Positions 1-12,971 are shown, numbered from the stretch's first letter. The stretch is DNA of 64,000 bases from Botryllus schlosseri (GCA_051294905.1 CM119372.1:11534001-11598000), one strand, 5' to 3'. Numbers and translations are program-made. The notes: a model not told the origin generated them from the letters alone.

Positions 1-7
1 CGAAATG

Positions 8-221
8 TGTCGAGTCAGGAATCCCTGCTGGCACCAATCATAAATACGCCGATCTTACGACGGCAACTGTCTTAACTTGTTTCCCAAGAGGTCAAAAATA
101 CGGGAAATCCCTAGTGTTGGGTCAGGTAGCCCCTGCTGGCACTAGTCGAGAAAGTGTCGGGTCAGTTAGCACTGCTGGCACTAACCAAAGATGTGTCGAG
201 TCAGGAATCCCTGACGGCACC
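8..221 (+). repeat. Four imperfect copies of a ~28-bp unit (GTGTCGAGTCAGGAATCCCTGCTGGCAC)
   Basis: Copies near 8, 113, 154 and 193 with irregular spacing. Confidence 0.75.
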
Positions 222-225
222 ATTC

Positions 226-630
226 AGTAGACGTCGAGCGTGGAATGCCCGCTGGCGTAAATAAGGACCTGCACGAGAAAACTGGTCCTGAAAGCTCTCG
301 TGGATGCACTTGTCCGAATAACTGTAACAATTCGGCCCATAGCCTCCATGCGACAGCAACAGAAGACGTCGAGCGTGGAATGCCCGCTGGCGCAAAAGAG
401 GACCTGCACGAGAAAACTGGTCCTGAAAGCTCTCGTGGATGCACTTGTCCGAATAACTGTAACAATTCGGCCCATAGCTTGCATGCGACAGCAACAGTAG
501 ACGTCGAGCGTGGAATGCCCGCCGGCGTAAATAAGGACCTGCACGAGAAAACTGGTCCTGAATGCTCTCGTGGATGCACTTGTCCGAATAACTGTAATGA
601 TTCGGCCCATAGATGCATGACGACAGCCAC
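226..630 (+). repeat. Tandem repeat, 3 x 135 bp
   Basis: ACGTCGAGCG recurs at 231, 366 and 501; units are nearly identical with no spacers. Confidence 0.95.
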
Positions 631-691
631 AGTTATGAGTAATTTCCCAAACAAAGCAGCTGTTACCGGCTAACCGGACACATGTCCGGTC

Positions 692-2050
692 ATGACCGGC
701 AAGGAGTCTGGGGATTTTAAGATGCACGTCTCCCCAGAAACGGGCCCCGGCGGCGACCGAATCCGCCGGCGTGACGGTAGGCGTGGGCACACGCCGAGAT
801 CAGAGGTCAGATTGAATAGGTTGGGAATCCCCGCTGACAACGAAGAACCTCGCCCTCTCTCCACCAACACCAAAACCCCGTTCATCACGAGATTCGCATT
901 GGGCCAATAACTGGCCCAATTACTATGTAGCCTAACCTTACAACAAGACACCAGTCCCAGCGTGAAGACGGAACTCGAAAGTCTCTGTGCACAATCGGTA
1001 GCACTGGCGAAACTGTCATACAAACCTCCTGACTTTTGACTGGCCTAGAAAATATCGCCATTCCTGAAGGAGTCTTGACAGCCGTTTATGATCCATTTGC
1101 TTCCGAACTTGATAGCCTGCGGGGCCAACTCAGCTCCCCCCAATCCATGAAATACCAATGCGACATCGGACGTAAGGACCCATCGACTAAGCCTTTCGTT
1201 TCTGGCCCTTATAACCCGACGCGGGAGGGTCAGGCGAAGGCACTAAAGGAAGCAATAGATATAATACCTTATTTTGGTAGTATTGAACAAGGTTTTGCCG
1301 AATGAAAATTGGCTATTTTTGTTGTTCATGAGAAAATGAATGAATCACTACAAGACAAGGCGAGTCGCACTCGATAGTAGCAAGACGGACGTCAGAGGTA
1401 AACCCCCATCCCAAGAAGTGTACATGATCGCTTACTACAGTCCGACGTGGGTAACTCCAGCGGCGAAAGACTATGATCCTAGCACTACAGCGCTGAAACA
1501 TCTGCCACCCCTAACAATACAATGGCGGATGAAAGCGAGGCTGGTGCAAGTAAGACGATCGAAATCGATGGCTAACAAAAAGGGGGAGTATAAAACTGAC
1601 AAACCAATTGATGCGACTTATGGGAAGTAACAGTTGCAAACTCTTCGCGCGCGAAACCAAACCGACGGAATGGTGGAACACCTACAACGACGCGAGTGCA
1701 TCCGGTCACCACTGCGAAGGCTCTGCAGAACTCCACGGAAGACGGCAGGACCGACATCGGAACGGACTACCAAAACCCGGACCACAACCGTAAGGTAAGT
1801 ACCGAAACAACTGTTTTTTATTCAACAGGAGACGACAAAGGCGACTCGTCCTCGAAGAGTGTCGAACTAATGAATACTGCCTTGGAGTCAACGATGGCTA
1901 ACGCATCACCGCAGCCTGGGCAGAAAAACCGAAGTTTGGGAACACCCGCTCCTGAGTATTCCCGAATATCAAGAACCACCGTGGGGAAGACAACCACAGA
2001 TTTCGTTGACCACAACTATACTCGGTGGCTGCACGAACTGGTGATGATGG
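692..2050 (+). pseudogene. Possible decayed gag-like ORF of an LTR retroelement
   Basis: GC-richer run of broken + strand ORFs with IIPYFGSIEQGFAE*KLAIF and EWWNTY segments reminiscent of Gag; no pol motifs seen. Confidence 0.3.
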
Positions 2051-2051
2051 A

Positions 2052-2316
2052 AGAAATTTGAGACAAGCAAAACTGGAGAAGAATTCTCAAAAACAGAGCT
2101 GAAATCACCACTTTTCCCTCCGAAATACCCGCCGGAGCTTCACTTCTGCGCTAATTTGCGGCATATCACTCGCAATTTCCTCTAAATCTGACCTAAATTT
2201 TCAAAAAAGAGGACAAAATCTCAAAAAAGAGGACAAAAGGGCGTCCTCTGAGGACACTTTCAAAAAAGTCAAAAAAGAGGACAAATCCTCTTAAAAGAGG
2301 ACGTATGGTAAGCCTA
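2052..2316. mobile_element. One-ended copy of hAT MITE family A (TAGGGTTACCATA TIR)
   Basis: Matches 62165-62558; ends ATGGTAAGCCTA; the other end is missing. Confidence 0.8.
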
Positions 2317-3152
2317 ATATAAGGTAAGAGAAATATCCTTGATCGATAGAATGATTATGGAAGGTGCAAAACTGATACCTATCATGGAACCAGTGGTTGT
2401 AATATTGGTGGCAACAGGGTTGATAGCTCTGGTGATTGTGTTATGGGTAGGTTGTATAAGGTGTCGTCGACGTAGAACCTTAAGTCGTATGAGGAACACG
2501 AGGAGACGAAACGGAACAAGTCAATGGATGGCGATAAGTGTAATATGGAACACAACGGAGAATGACAAAATTTGAAGGTAAGAGATAGTTCTTAAAATTT
2601 GAGTGTAAATACAGGATATACGTAGTTTGTATAGGAAAGTAGTAAAATGTGATGTGATAATTTTAGAAAATTGTTAAGTAACCTTGTGATAGGTATCAGG
2701 AATACAAAAATAATCCCGGCGATGCATTGTTTGCGATTGGTTTCAAGTGAAGTATTTTACGTAATGGGAGTAGACGGAAAAAACAGAAACCTCGTAACTA
2801 GGAATATGCTAAGTCATGGTAAACTAGTAATGTAACGTAAGAAATTAAGAAAGACAGAGTATCGTTTATATATGGTATCAAGTGAAGTATTTTACATAAT
2901 GGGAGTAAACGGAAAAAACTGAAACCTCGTAACTAGAAATATGCTGAGTGATGAAATATTAATTCGAGAGAATAGTAAAAGAAAAAGGTTGACGTGTAAT
3001 GGTACTTAGTCAATAAAGTGATCACCATGAACGGGTAATGTTGGTGTATAGTTTACTAGTTCCAAATATTTCATGACTGTAAATATGGCCCACCATAATG
3101 TTGGAAACTACCGTTTCTCAATCCAGCAATTACCTATCATATCGTAACCTAT

Positions 3153-4429
3153 CAGAGGTGGTCAGTAACGAGGTACTTCTACTTTTACGAAGTACTCAAG
3201 TAGTTTCCCTCTACTTACTCAAGTAGATCTGATTTTCGCTACTTCTACTTCTACTTCGTAATATTTTGTGATCTACTTACTTACTTTTCGCTATTTTCAG
3301 TTTGTCGAGTAGAAGTAGTTTAATACTATAATAAGGAAGATAGGCTGAGGAATTTCGGGGCTGTTTTCACGGAGTATCAACATTTAGTTTTCATAAAAAT
3401 TGAGTTAAAGCTCAGAATTTTGGTCGCGCTTCGCGCTCAGTGGATACTGAGTAACCAGTATGATTTCACGAAAGTATCAGTGAATATAATTTAGGTAGCT
3501 GGTTGGCGTTCACACCGCATTGTCGCCCTTCGCCCATATGAAATATTTCATCACAGTATATATGGCTCATCATAACGTTTGAAACTGATGTTCAGCATTT
3601 ACTTATCATATCGTAATCTAGCAGTCCATGGCGTGTCCTAATCTGGAAAAGGAGACTCTGACTTTTTTAGTTTTAGAGCTGTTTTAGCATACCACCTTTG
3701 AAACTTTCTGGACAAAAGACATGAAATACATTTTCCGCTTTTAGAAGTAGTATGTATATTTCATTTTCAATTCCCTTTATCATATACTTTTGAGTTCTAA
3801 TTAATATCAGTTCTTTTTCTGGATACCATATACATGTTGATTGTTGAAGTGTAAAAGCAAGTGTAGTAATGCCTTCAATTTCCAGAAATAAATCTACACA
3901 ATATGGCATTTTTACGATCCACCATACTTTTTATTAATGTTTACTAATCTCGCAAAGTGTTTACACCGTATGCTATACAACTTCTCCGTATTGTTCTTCG
4001 ACTAAACTACGGGCCTTATAATATGTGGGAGTGCCCCATACTATGGTATTTTCTAAAACGTGCTGCTCGAGTAAACATTGGATTAGTATCGCATTTCCAT
4101 ATCAATATTATCATTTTCATTCCATGATGCGGACGAATGCTTATGCTGTCGAAAATCGGATACATCCTGGTATGCATCAATATGAATCAAGCTCGGCCCC
4201 TGTCGCATAGCTCAATTTGCAGCTTTTGACAATCCATGCGAACGAAATACGATCGTTTTCACAACTACTTACTTACTTGAGTAGATTTAAAGTCAGGAAA
4301 TTCTACTTCTACTCCAAGTAGTTTTGGGGTGCTTATGGAAAAGTACTTCTACTCGTACTTGAGTAGATTTTTTCTTCGCTACTTCTACTTCTACTTGAGT
4401 AGCCTTCTTGACTACTTTGACCACCTCTG
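3153..4429. mobile_element. hAT non-autonomous element family B (CAGAGGTGGTCA TIR, TACT-rich subtermini)
   Basis: CAGAGGTGGTCA...TGACCACCTCTG; perfect 8-bp TSD TAACCTAT (3145-3152, 4430-4437). Confidence 0.92.
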
Positions 4430-7400
4430 TAACCTATAATCCCATTACGTGTCTTGCTAATCGGGAAAACCCAGCTTTTTGACCGTTACACCTATTTTAG
4501 CAGATCACCTTTGAAGCTTTATGGACAATAAAGACATGAAATATATTTTCCGCCTTTTAGAACTGGTATTTGTATTTCACTTTCAATTGCGAGTATCATA
4601 CTTCGAGTTCTAATTACTTTCAGTTCTTTTGTCCGCAGAATATACATGTTGAAGCATAAAAGCAAGTGTAGTAATGCCTCTATTTTCTGAAACTACAGCT
4701 ACACTAAATATAACTTTTACGATCCACAATATTTGTCATTAACGTATACTAATCGCGCAAAGTGATGAAACTGCCCGATACACACTTCTACGTATTGCTC
4801 GCCGCCTAAACTTGGGGCCTTGTAAAATGGGATAGGGCGCCATGCCATGATCTTCTCTGAAAACGGGGTCTTCTAGTAAAGAAAGTGTTAGTATCGCATT
4901 TTCATATCAATACTATAATTTGCATCCCATGATGCTGAACAATGCTTATTCTGTCGAAAATCATGCATGCATCAATACGAATGCATCAATACGAATCAAG
5001 CGTCAAAAATATCGATCTAGCCCCTAGCCATAAATCTAGCGATTTTCTAGCGATTTTTTTTCAGAAATATCGAGTAAAAATCAGTTTTTCGAAACAAACA
5101 TCATGCGCGTTTACCCATTTGACACATATCTTGCACGTCCGCACACATCGTCGATCTGTGTTCAGATTGCGTTCATGTATATGAACGTTTACTGGCATTT
5201 CTAATTTCTGGTCATGAGGGTGAAGTTAGCCATAACTTTTCCAGCCATAGGGTTCTAAAGTGTCATGTGCGGTAAACTGGTTAAGATGCTGAGTAACTGA
5301 AGCCCAACACTTTAATATCAAGCACGAACATTCTCCCTGAATGCAATGCTTTACACTAGGTTTTATACCTAAATTATAAACGCCCACACCGGACGAATAT
5401 AGGATCTACACCCTCCCCTAAAACCCGAATTCGCAAGCTTCTATAAGGGCAGCTGGATCCCAGACTGATAAATATTTTCTAACGGACTTTTGCGGGCAGA
5501 TGTCATACCTAATAAATGATACATGAGCTGGGTGGATGGGGAAGTAGTAAAATAATTGGCTGGTCAGCCGCTACAAGCAAAGTGGTCTGTAGGCTATATT
5601 GGCTATGGTTAGCGGGTTGGTCCTAGGAATATTTTCCTGATGTTGCTACCTATAGTGGCTGGCAAACCCGGTTCAAGTCGTGTTGCGTCGGGTCAAGTCG
5701 CATGTAGGGTTGGGACTTCGGGATCAAATTTGAAATCCCGGGATCGGGATTTCCCGGGATTTGCGCTTCTCAATCCCGGGATTTCCCGGGATTAACAAAG
5801 TAGTAAAATTCACATACAAGCTACACACACAACATTTATTCCTTGTAGTATTGACGCAGAAACATGCTCCCGTGAATACGTATGAAACCCAGCGACCGAA
5901 GGCCACCCGGATAATGAGCGTATAAATTCATGTAGCTCCCGCCTGTTTCGTGTAGAAATTGGTTCGTCAAACGTGATCCAAAAACGTCCAATGTTGCGTT
6001 TCATTGCCATAAGATCTTCTTCCACACACTTACGGATTTATTTGCTGTGCTCGATTACCAAGTCACGGACCCGTTTGTGACATCTTGACAAGTCATAGCC
6101 ATAAGCTTGAAGGCCCGACCAATTCACTCACTTTGGGTAATTGAATAAATGTTAACCCGTCCACATGCAGCAGTTAACTGGTTAAGAAGTTCATCGAGGC
6201 GAGGCTTATGCGATTTATTTTATAGGAATCGATCTTCCTCATTTTCATTTTTGGCTGATCTTTCTTTCACTTGTCCGATTGAATCATTCTTGGTTTAATT
6301 ACTATCATTTGTACAGACCTTAAATGCGTTATCAGTCCCTTTGTGCTAGACACTGAAGCTCTCAAAACGTCTTGACACAAGTTGCATTTGGCTTTTTATG
6401 TAGATTTATAAAACAAACAGTTTTGCCAAACATGTTATTTTCTCTTCGCATTGACATCTTCGAAATTCGCTATTATTCGACCTGTATTTCACCTCCACAG
6501 CATCGTCCTTGTGACTTTCCGATACTCAGTTACACTATAGATAACTAACCTACGGATAGATGGGCAACACGTGATTCACGGTCGAGAGCCCAGATGCCGT
6601 CAGATTTGTTGTCGCTTCATAGCATGAAGCGGCAGGTTATTGGCCAGATTGATGATTGGTGCAGATAGGATATAGGGCAATCACAACAGGTTATTTAGTG
6701 ATACAGTACACAGGCACTGGCGCGGCTATCATTGCATTAATATCAGGAGGATATTTCATGAGCAAAATAAGTCATGATATTCACTCTATTATTAATTGGT
6801 TTCAATATTGATTTCGGCTGAGATTTCCTTGAACTATTTTGGTTTGTATAATCATTAGTGCGGCCATGTTTTGATATGTCAAAATCGTAGTAGTACAAAA
6901 GTTGCCTATTTCTGAGCCAAAAACGTTTTTTGATGCTTAACTACTTCGTTAGGACAGCTATAGTTCCTACCAGAAATGAAGATCTAAGAAGTTGGCTACA
7001 ATTTTAACATTATGTGGTCAAAAAAAAAACGCCCTAATAATCAGAGATAGGTTTTAGTATGTATTGCTAAATAAAGACAATATGTTTTCATAATCCAGTC
7101 ATAATTGATATGGAATAATTATATTTCGAATTACTGACTGAGGATATCATGTGTGCGTAGGGCTTGGCACAATGATTCTCGAATCTTAACATAATATGAT
7201 TGCGGTGGAGGATACATCAACGAGTCACGACTGGAGCTATTTCACTTCAAAGTCAGCTGTCATAAAATAATCCAGTTTTTGGGCAACATAGTCTTCTTGC
7301 TTTGCATGTTGATACTGCCTAGCCATGCAAAGATTCCTCCTATGTAAAAAAGAGGTAAACCAACACTATGGCTGAAACCTTGACGTTGGTGTGTTGGCTT

Positions 7401-7688
7401 TTGTCCAATATCAGCTGGCAGTCCACTTCGCAATGGTGACATATCAAACTGACACATATATCCTCAGTATTTATTATTTTCAATATTTAATATTATATTA
7501 TGTATATTAGGCCTATTCAATCGACTTTCGCTTGGGTATTGGGGATGCATCGTAGGGCTTTGCCGATCTTTTCATTGCGTTTGATTGGGTGACATGATGG
7601 ATGTCGTACGCTAGCTGTGAAATATCCGGATTTGTCCGTCTTCTCCCCATTTGTCTCTGCAATCACAATCCCAGTCAATAATCTAACG

Positions 7689-7905
7689 CAGGGGTGGGCA
7701 AACTACGGCCCGCGGGCCGCATGCTGCCCGCAACACCGTTCTGTGCGGCCCGCGAGAGTCTAAATAAACTTTTTAAAAATATTGATACAATGCGTACTAA
7801 AAATAGAATTAATGCAGGGACTTGATCAACTTTTTCTTAGTGTATTTCACCTTGATAATTCTTAGACAGTGCATCTGAAGAGGCGCGCGCAGCTGAGCTC
7901 GACTG
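7689..7905. mobile_element. Truncated hAT-Charlie-type MITE end
   Basis: CAGGGGTGGGCAAACTACGGCCCGCGGGCC start; interrupts the left arm of the foldback; no second end. Confidence 0.7.
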
Positions 7906-8463
7906 AAAAATGCCTCTAGCACATCTTGCGTGAACGTTCCAAGGGCCAACTTGGGCATTTCTTCGATGAGACGATCGCATAGACCCACCATATTCCGTGA
8001 CGTGAAAATTAGGCCTTCCATTGTGGGTTTTGCCATCATTCGTTTTGGCTCACCACGACTTGGAAGCATATTTCTAAATTACATGATGACCCGAAAATAC
8101 CTCGAATAATAACTATGAGGAACTGACCTTCCAACTCAATAATCGATCCGCAAATTCACCCAGCCATGCAATTCTTTCATCGTCCAGGCTGCATATCGGA
8201 TAACTAATGCGGCATGTGCCGACATTGATTATTGAACCATCTGTTTTAGGTCATAAAATCAAGCCCCTTGTTATATAAGTGAAAATTCGTTACTCATACC
8301 TTTCCATCATCAGAACAAAATCAGATGTACCGGTTGCTCCCATCCCTTTCAAACAATTTCCAACTTTGTGACTCAATACACCCGTAGCCAAACTGACATT
8401 CATCTGGCATGAAAAACGGTCACATTTCAGCCCAGTGAATGATTGCAAGCGCATCATCTATAC

Positions 8464-8850
8464 CAGTGCTTCTCAACCTATTTCAGTTCGCATCCCACTT
8501 TCCATCTAAATTTCATTGCGTGGCCCACCACACACCCTTTCGCGACAAACGTTCAAACCACTACAGACAATAGAGCGAATAGCTGTGGGACTCATGCACT
8601 TTGGGACCAAAAACACATTTTCTCCATAAGGCTGTATTGAGTTTAGTCCGAAAGTGCACGAGCCCCGCAGGCCCGTCAATTACATGTTCCAGAATCATCA
8701 TCCAAAAGTGGAAGAAAACGTTGAAAATATTGACATTTTTCGACTTGGTCTTCGTGGTAGAGAACAGATCTACAAATTGGGATCTATCATCGTTTCTTAA
8801 AATGTCTTCGCGGCCCAAGTGGGCCGCAGCCAACCGGTTGAAAAGCACTG
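8464..8850. mobile_element. hAT-Charlie MITE in a P-transposase intron
   Basis: CAGTGCTTCTCAACC...GGTTGAAAAGCACTG; TSD ATCTATAC/ATCTCGAC. Confidence 0.85.
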
Positions 8851-9084
8851 ATCTCGACCAGAGGTGTCAAACATATTTTTTGCCTACTTTAGATCGTGGA
8901 TTTAAATTAACATGGGCCAATGTAAATCCGGACTGGTAAAGTGACAGGCTGCGCGACTCCACGACAAACAGTTTTTGGATATCCGTCCATAATAAACCTT
9001 GCCCTCTCCCATTCATGTTCATGTATCGAGATCCCTCTGCTTTCGATGAATAGAGAGTTCCGTGTGGCTGTTAGGATCCTAAGA

Positions 9085-9988
9085 ATATATCGGGTATGGA
9101 ATTTCGGGACTGTTTTCACATGGTAGGCCTACTAACATTTAATTTTCATAAGTCAAGTAATACCCAAAATTTTCGTTGCGCTTCGCGCGCAGTAGATACG
9201 GCGTGACAAATATGTTTAAACGAAAGTATCACAGTAAGTATACCCCCCCCCCCACCATAACATTTGATACTATCGTTTCGCAATCTAGCAGTAACATGAC
9301 GTGTCCAAATCCGGAAAAGTGAACCTTTACTTTTTTTAACGTTAGACTTAGACCTGTTCTAGCAGACCACCGTTGAAACTTTCTGGACAAACGACACATT
9401 ATATATTACCGCTTTTTTTGTATTTTTCTTCAAATTACGGGCATTATTGTCATTGTTTCAGTTATTGTGTAAACATTTTGAAAACATACGAACTGCCATA
9501 TTTTTAATTAACGTTTACTAATCGCGCAAAGTGTTGAAGCCGTATCCGACACAACTTGTCACCAATGCTCATTGACTAAACTAGGCGCCTTATAATATGG
9601 GGGAGGGCACCATGCCATGATATTCTCTAAAACGGGGTGTTCAAGTAAACAAAGAATTAGTAGCACATTCCATATCAATACTATCATTTACATCCCATGA
9701 TATGGACGACTGCCTATTCTGTCAAAAATTGACCCCGCCTGCGATGCATCAATATGAATCAAGCTCTTTACTCCTTCCTCATAGCTTTTGGCAGTCCATG
9801 CGAACGAATTACGATAGTTTTCAAAACTACTTACTTGAGTAGCTTTAAAGTCAGTCAATTCTAATTCTACTCCAAGTAGTTTTAGGTTGCTTATGGAAGA
9901 AGTACTTCTACTCATACTTGAGTAGATTTTTTCATCGCTACTTGTACTTCTACTTGAGTAGCTTTCTTGACTACTTTGACCACCTCTG
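9085..9988. mobile_element. Left-truncated family B element
   Basis: Homologous to about 3345-4429; ends TGACCACCTCTG. Confidence 0.8.
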
Positions 9989-10157
9989 GTAGTGCTCATC
10001 GTACTACAATATAATATGATCTAAAATTATCAGGTAAAGCTACCTTGAGGAGATGCTGAGGATCGGAGCATAGAAAAATTGGCCTTTCAGGAGCCTACGG
10101 ATTTGGATCAGTAAAGAGTCCATCTGATGGAATCTTCTTTGTCCCAGCAATAACCTG

Positions 10158-10477
10158 GGCCTAATTTTCACGTCACGGAATATGGTGGGTCTATGCGATC
10201 GTCTCATCGAAGAAATGCCCAAGTTGGCCCTTGGAACGTTCACGCAAGATGTGCTAGAGGCATTTTTTGGAAATTTAGTAAGATACTTAAACGTAATAAG
10301 GCGTTAGATTATTGACTGGGATTGTGATTGCAGAGACAAATGGGGAGAAGACGGACAAATCCGGATATTCCACAGCTAGCGTACGACATCCATCATGTCA
10401 CCCAATCAAAGGCAATGAAAAGATCGGCAAAGCCCTACGATGCATCCCCAATACCCAAGCGAAAGTCGATTGAATAA
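10158..10477 (+). pseudogene. Duplicated last 1.5 exons of the P transposase within the right arm
   Basis: GLIFTSRNMVGL..QDVLEAFFGNL, GT-AG intron 10278-10333, then RQMGRRRTNPDIPQ..SIE*. Confidence 0.88.
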
Positions 10478-11736
10478 TATATATAAGATAATATTAAATA
10501 TTGAAAATAATAAATACTGAGGATGTATGTGTCAGTTTGATATGTCACCATTGCGAAGTGGACTGCCAGCTAATATTGGACAAAAGCCAACACACCAACG
10601 TCAAGGTTTCAGCCATAGTGTTGGTTTACCTCTTTTTTACATAGGAGGAATCTTTGCATGGCTAGGCAGTATCAACATGCAAAGCAAGAAGACTATGTTG
10701 CCCAAAAACTGGATTATTTTATGACAGCTGACTTCGAAGTGAAATAGCTCCAGTTGTGACTCGTTGATGCATCCTCCACCGCAATCATATTATGTTCAGA
10801 TTCGAGAATCATTGTGCCAAGCCCTACGCACACATGATATCCTCAGTAATTCGAAATATAATTATTCCATATTAATTATGCATGGATTATGAAAACATAT
10901 TCTCTTTATTTAGCAATACATACTAAAACCTATCTCTGATTATTAGGGCGTTTTTTTGACCACATAATGTTAAAATTGTAGCTAACTTCTTATCTTCATT
11001 TCTGGTAGGAACTATAGCTGTCCTAACGAAGTAGTTTAGCATCGAAAAACGTTTTTGGCTCAGAAATAGGCAAGTTTTTACCACTACGATTTTGACAAAT
11101 TTTGACATGTCAAAAAATGGCCGCTCTAATGATTATACAAACCAAAATAGTTCAAGGAAATCTCAGCCGAAGTCAATATTGAAACCAATTAATAATAGAG
11201 TGAATATCATGACTTATTTTGCTCATGAAATATCCTCCTGATATTAATGCAATGATAGCCGCGCCAGTGCCTGTGTACTGTATCACTAAATAACCTGTTG
11301 TGATTGCCCTATATCCTATCTGCACCAAACATCAATCTGGCCAATAACCTGCCGCTTCATGCTATGAAGCGACAACAAATCTGACGGCATCTGGGCTCTC
11401 GACCGTGAATCACGTGTTGCCCATCTATCCGTAGGTTAGTTATCTATAGTTACACTGCTACGATTCGTAGACTACGACGGAAGTGATTGTGTAGTTCATT
11501 GTTATGACATAGTTGACTTTAATATCAAATAATTGTGAATTGTTTTAGACGATCAGCAGAGTTTGTGACAGTGCTTTATTACCAAAATAAGAGATATGGC
11601 GCTACGTAAGCCTTGGAAAATGTTGTTTACAAATCCCGGGATTTCATTGGGATCGGGATTTCCCGGGGTCCCAACGCTAGTCGCATGTCGTGTATACATT
11701 GCAGAAGTGCGTCAAGTCGCATGTCGTGTTCGAGTA

Positions 11737-12668
11737 GGGGAGATGTGGTACCGATGGATCAAAAATTGGAAAATGTTCGCTGGCCCCAAAATGTTCAGCC
11801 GAAAACAGTAGATCTTTTGCTGGCTCAGCACTTTGATACAAGCTCTTATACCTATCGCGCACATATACATGAATATCCGTCTTTTCAAAAAATATTTATG
11901 GACGTTTAAAATTTGTTGCTCGAACGTGTCATCGGTCCCCACCCGGTGGGTCCAATGGCACACGACCCGGGGACCTGTGACACATACCCTAAAAAACTCA
12001 GATGCGACAACCTTTCTTGCTCACTATTATAATCTAAGCTACAGCAAGCCAAAGAAGAATTTTCGGTCGCAACCATCAAAAAATAGATATTGACTCAAAT
12101 GTTGTCATAAAATCACGTTTCGAATTAGGCTCGGACTTATAAATTTGAGGGTACATACATATTGCCCGAAAATCGACAGTGTGACTTCCAAAGACCTCGT
12201 TATAGCGATAAAACATCATATTCAATTATTACATAAAGATTTTCTGTACGTAGTCATGTTTCATTTGTTTCATGATTAGTATGCTTGATTATTTTGCTTG
12301 ATTTGGCTATTGTATCATCGGTCCCCACCCTACTAATTTTGTACATGAATCGAAAAAAATTTCACTCAAGGAAAGAACTGAAAAAAATAATAGGTTCCAT
12401 TATATAGCCTGATACAAGCCCTAGAATTCACAATAAAAATGATTGCTGGTTTGTTCGTGTTGAAGGTTACAAAGAAAAATGGATATGTCGATCTAAATTT
12501 AGTTTACACCCACCAAAACAAAAAACATCTGTGAATTTTTTTGTATGTGAGGAAAGATGTTGCCAGCATGCAATTGTAGAAAACTTCACGGAGTGTAATC
12601 ATGGAATTATCATAGAGAATTTTCAAAGTATTTTCGGTCCCAGTTTTCCATCGGTACCACATCTCCCC
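11737..12668. mobile_element. TA-flanked MITE, likely Tc1/mariner-pogo type
   Basis: TA|GGGGAGATGTGGTACCGATGGA...TCCATCGGTACCACATCTCCCC|TA. Confidence 0.85.
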
Positions 12669-12971
12669 TACTCCAACACAGTTTAGGAAAGTCAAGCGCC
12701 TTTCCAGTTTCCAAGGTATATCGCATCACGTATTCACAGACGAATAGAGAAAGGCACTTGTTTATCTAATATCTAGGAGTCTTTTCACCTCATATCTCCG
12801 TACAACGGCAGTTCGTGTCACGCATATATAGTGAGTGGTTGTGCCTGCAAACCTATAGTCAGTGCATGGTCAGTGGTCACGCAGAGCGATCATTGCGTAG
12901 AGAGATCTGTTTTTATCGAAATATACTACACGTTTTGTCTCACTTAGAGATTACTCTTACGTAGCCTATTA

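Larger units (their letters stand above)
7513..10157 (-). pseudogene. Intron-containing P-element/THAP9-like transposase remnant, 5' part lost
   Basis: Exon remnants: 10157-10044 IFLCSDPQHLLK; 9067-8888 TRNSL..LLWTDIQKLF..LAHVNLNPRSK; 8403-8300 MNVSLATGVLSHKV; 8240-8128 WF..DDERIAWLGEF; 8073-7906 TMEGLIFTS..TFTQDVLEAFF; 7656-7513 RQMGRRRTNPD. These are the P-transposase DxxHLxK, KMxVxLA and QDxLExFF..R..NP motifs; frameshifts, a stop and insertions are present. Confidence 0.9.
6536..11448. mobile_element. P-superfamily (Galileo-like) foldback element with ~1.15-1.3 kb inverted arms
   Basis: 6536-7689 is the reverse complement of 10301-11448, and about 7906-8015 of 10158-10268. Termini TATAGATAACTAACCTACGG; 7-bp TSD GTTACAC (6529-6535, 11449-11455); P transposase remnant inside. 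Confidence 0.92.
5705..11679. mobile_element. hAT non-autonomous element (TAGGGTTGGGAC TIR, CCCGGGAT subrepeats) hosting the P foldback
   Basis: TAGGGTTGGGAC...GTCCCAACGCTA; perfect TSD GTCGCATG (5697-5704, 11680-11687). Confidence 0.9.

Noticed and set aside
226..630. CRISPR array or repeat-protein ORFs
   Set aside because: Contiguous 135-bp units without unique spacers, no cas genes, eukaryotic context; the overlapping ORFs arise from the in-frame period.
7874..7910. CTGAAGA...GAAA as a sixth hammerhead
   Set aside because: No consistent stems I or III, and the GAAA is at a rearrangement junction.
7260..10724. Duplicated 65-aa ORF (7260-7457 and 10527-10724) as a gene pair
   Set aside because: It lies in the inverted arms downstream of the transposase stop and has no recognisable domain; identity follows from the duplication.
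6528..11456. MULE interpretation using the 9-bp repeat AGTTACACT
   Set aside because: The boundary is ambiguous because the target is partly palindromic, but the P-type transposase and the 7-bp flanks of the 25179 footprint favour a 7-bp TSD.
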